NCBI RefSeq assembly: GCF_963921235.1
Contig: NC_086108.1
Span: forward strand, 42,842,001 to 42,906,000
DNA length: 64,000 bases
Source: Mobula hypostoma
Taxonomy: Eukaryota
Reading direction: 5' to 3'
Positions 63,563 through 64,000 of this stretch are shown here, piece after piece (positions within the stretch are counted from its first letter, which is position 1; the number at the start of each line of letters is the position of its first letter). A program made the translations under genes and the position numbers. Below the pieces are notes generated by a model, which searched no databases, was not told the DNA's origin, and saw only the letters and a program-made list of their open reading frames with translations.

Positions 63563-64000
63563 TACGAGCCTGACTGAATTTTTTGAGGATGTGACTAAAC
63601 ACATTGATGAAGGTAGAGCAGTAGATGTAGTGTATATCGATTTCATCAAGGCATTTGACAAGGTACTCCATGCAAGGTTCATTGAGAAAGTAAGGAGGCA
63701 TGGGATCCAGGGGAACATTGCTTTGTGGATCCAGAACTGGCTTGCCCACAAAAGGCAAAGAGTAGTTATAGATGGGTCATATTCTGCATGGAGGTCAGTC
63801 ACCCGTGGTGTGCCTCAGGGATCTGTTCTGGGACCTCTACTCTTCGTGATTTTTATAAATGACCTGGAGGAAGAAGTGGAGGAATGGAAATTAAATTTGC
63901 TGACGACACAAAGGTTGGAGGTGTTGTGGATAGTGTGGAGGGCTGTCAGAAGTTACAATGGGACATTGATAGGATGCAAACCTGGGCTGAGAAGTGGCAG
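63563..64000 (+). mobile_element. CR1 RT fragment (runs off the window end)
   Basis: Highly similar to 55250-55680 ([24 protein letters not shown]). Confidence 0.88.

Overview
Eukaryotic genomic DNA. The repeat content (CR1, Rex1/Babar, Penelope-like, V-SINE-like, Tc1/Tigger) suggests a cartilaginous fish, possibly a ray; this is inference only. The whole window is the 3' part of one very large + strand gene for a cysteine-rich fibronectin type III (FN3) repeat protein of the FNDC7-like type. I mapped 41 intact exons from 233 to the stop at 63305-63307. All are AG/GT-flanked and phase 1-1, one domain each, mostly 261 or 255 nt, giving about 3,550 aa in this window; the N-terminus lies upstream. 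The first 35 exons form a 9-exon higher-order repeat (A-B-C-D-E-F-G-H-I) present four times; the I exon of unit 1 has decayed into a pseudo-exon. Six single-copy exons (J-O) follow. The most striking signal is that paralogous exons are near-identical (about 96-99% in the pairs counted, including synonymous sites), while their introns are heavily diverged and carry unit-specific transposons. Which copies are most alike changes from exon to exon and even within an exon. This points to exon-focused patchwork gene conversion in an old array. The introns hold LINEs, DNA transposons and MITEs, SINEs, Penelope-like fragments with hammerhead-ribozyme-like cores, a 57-bp minisatellite born from a LINE, and a 140-N gap.
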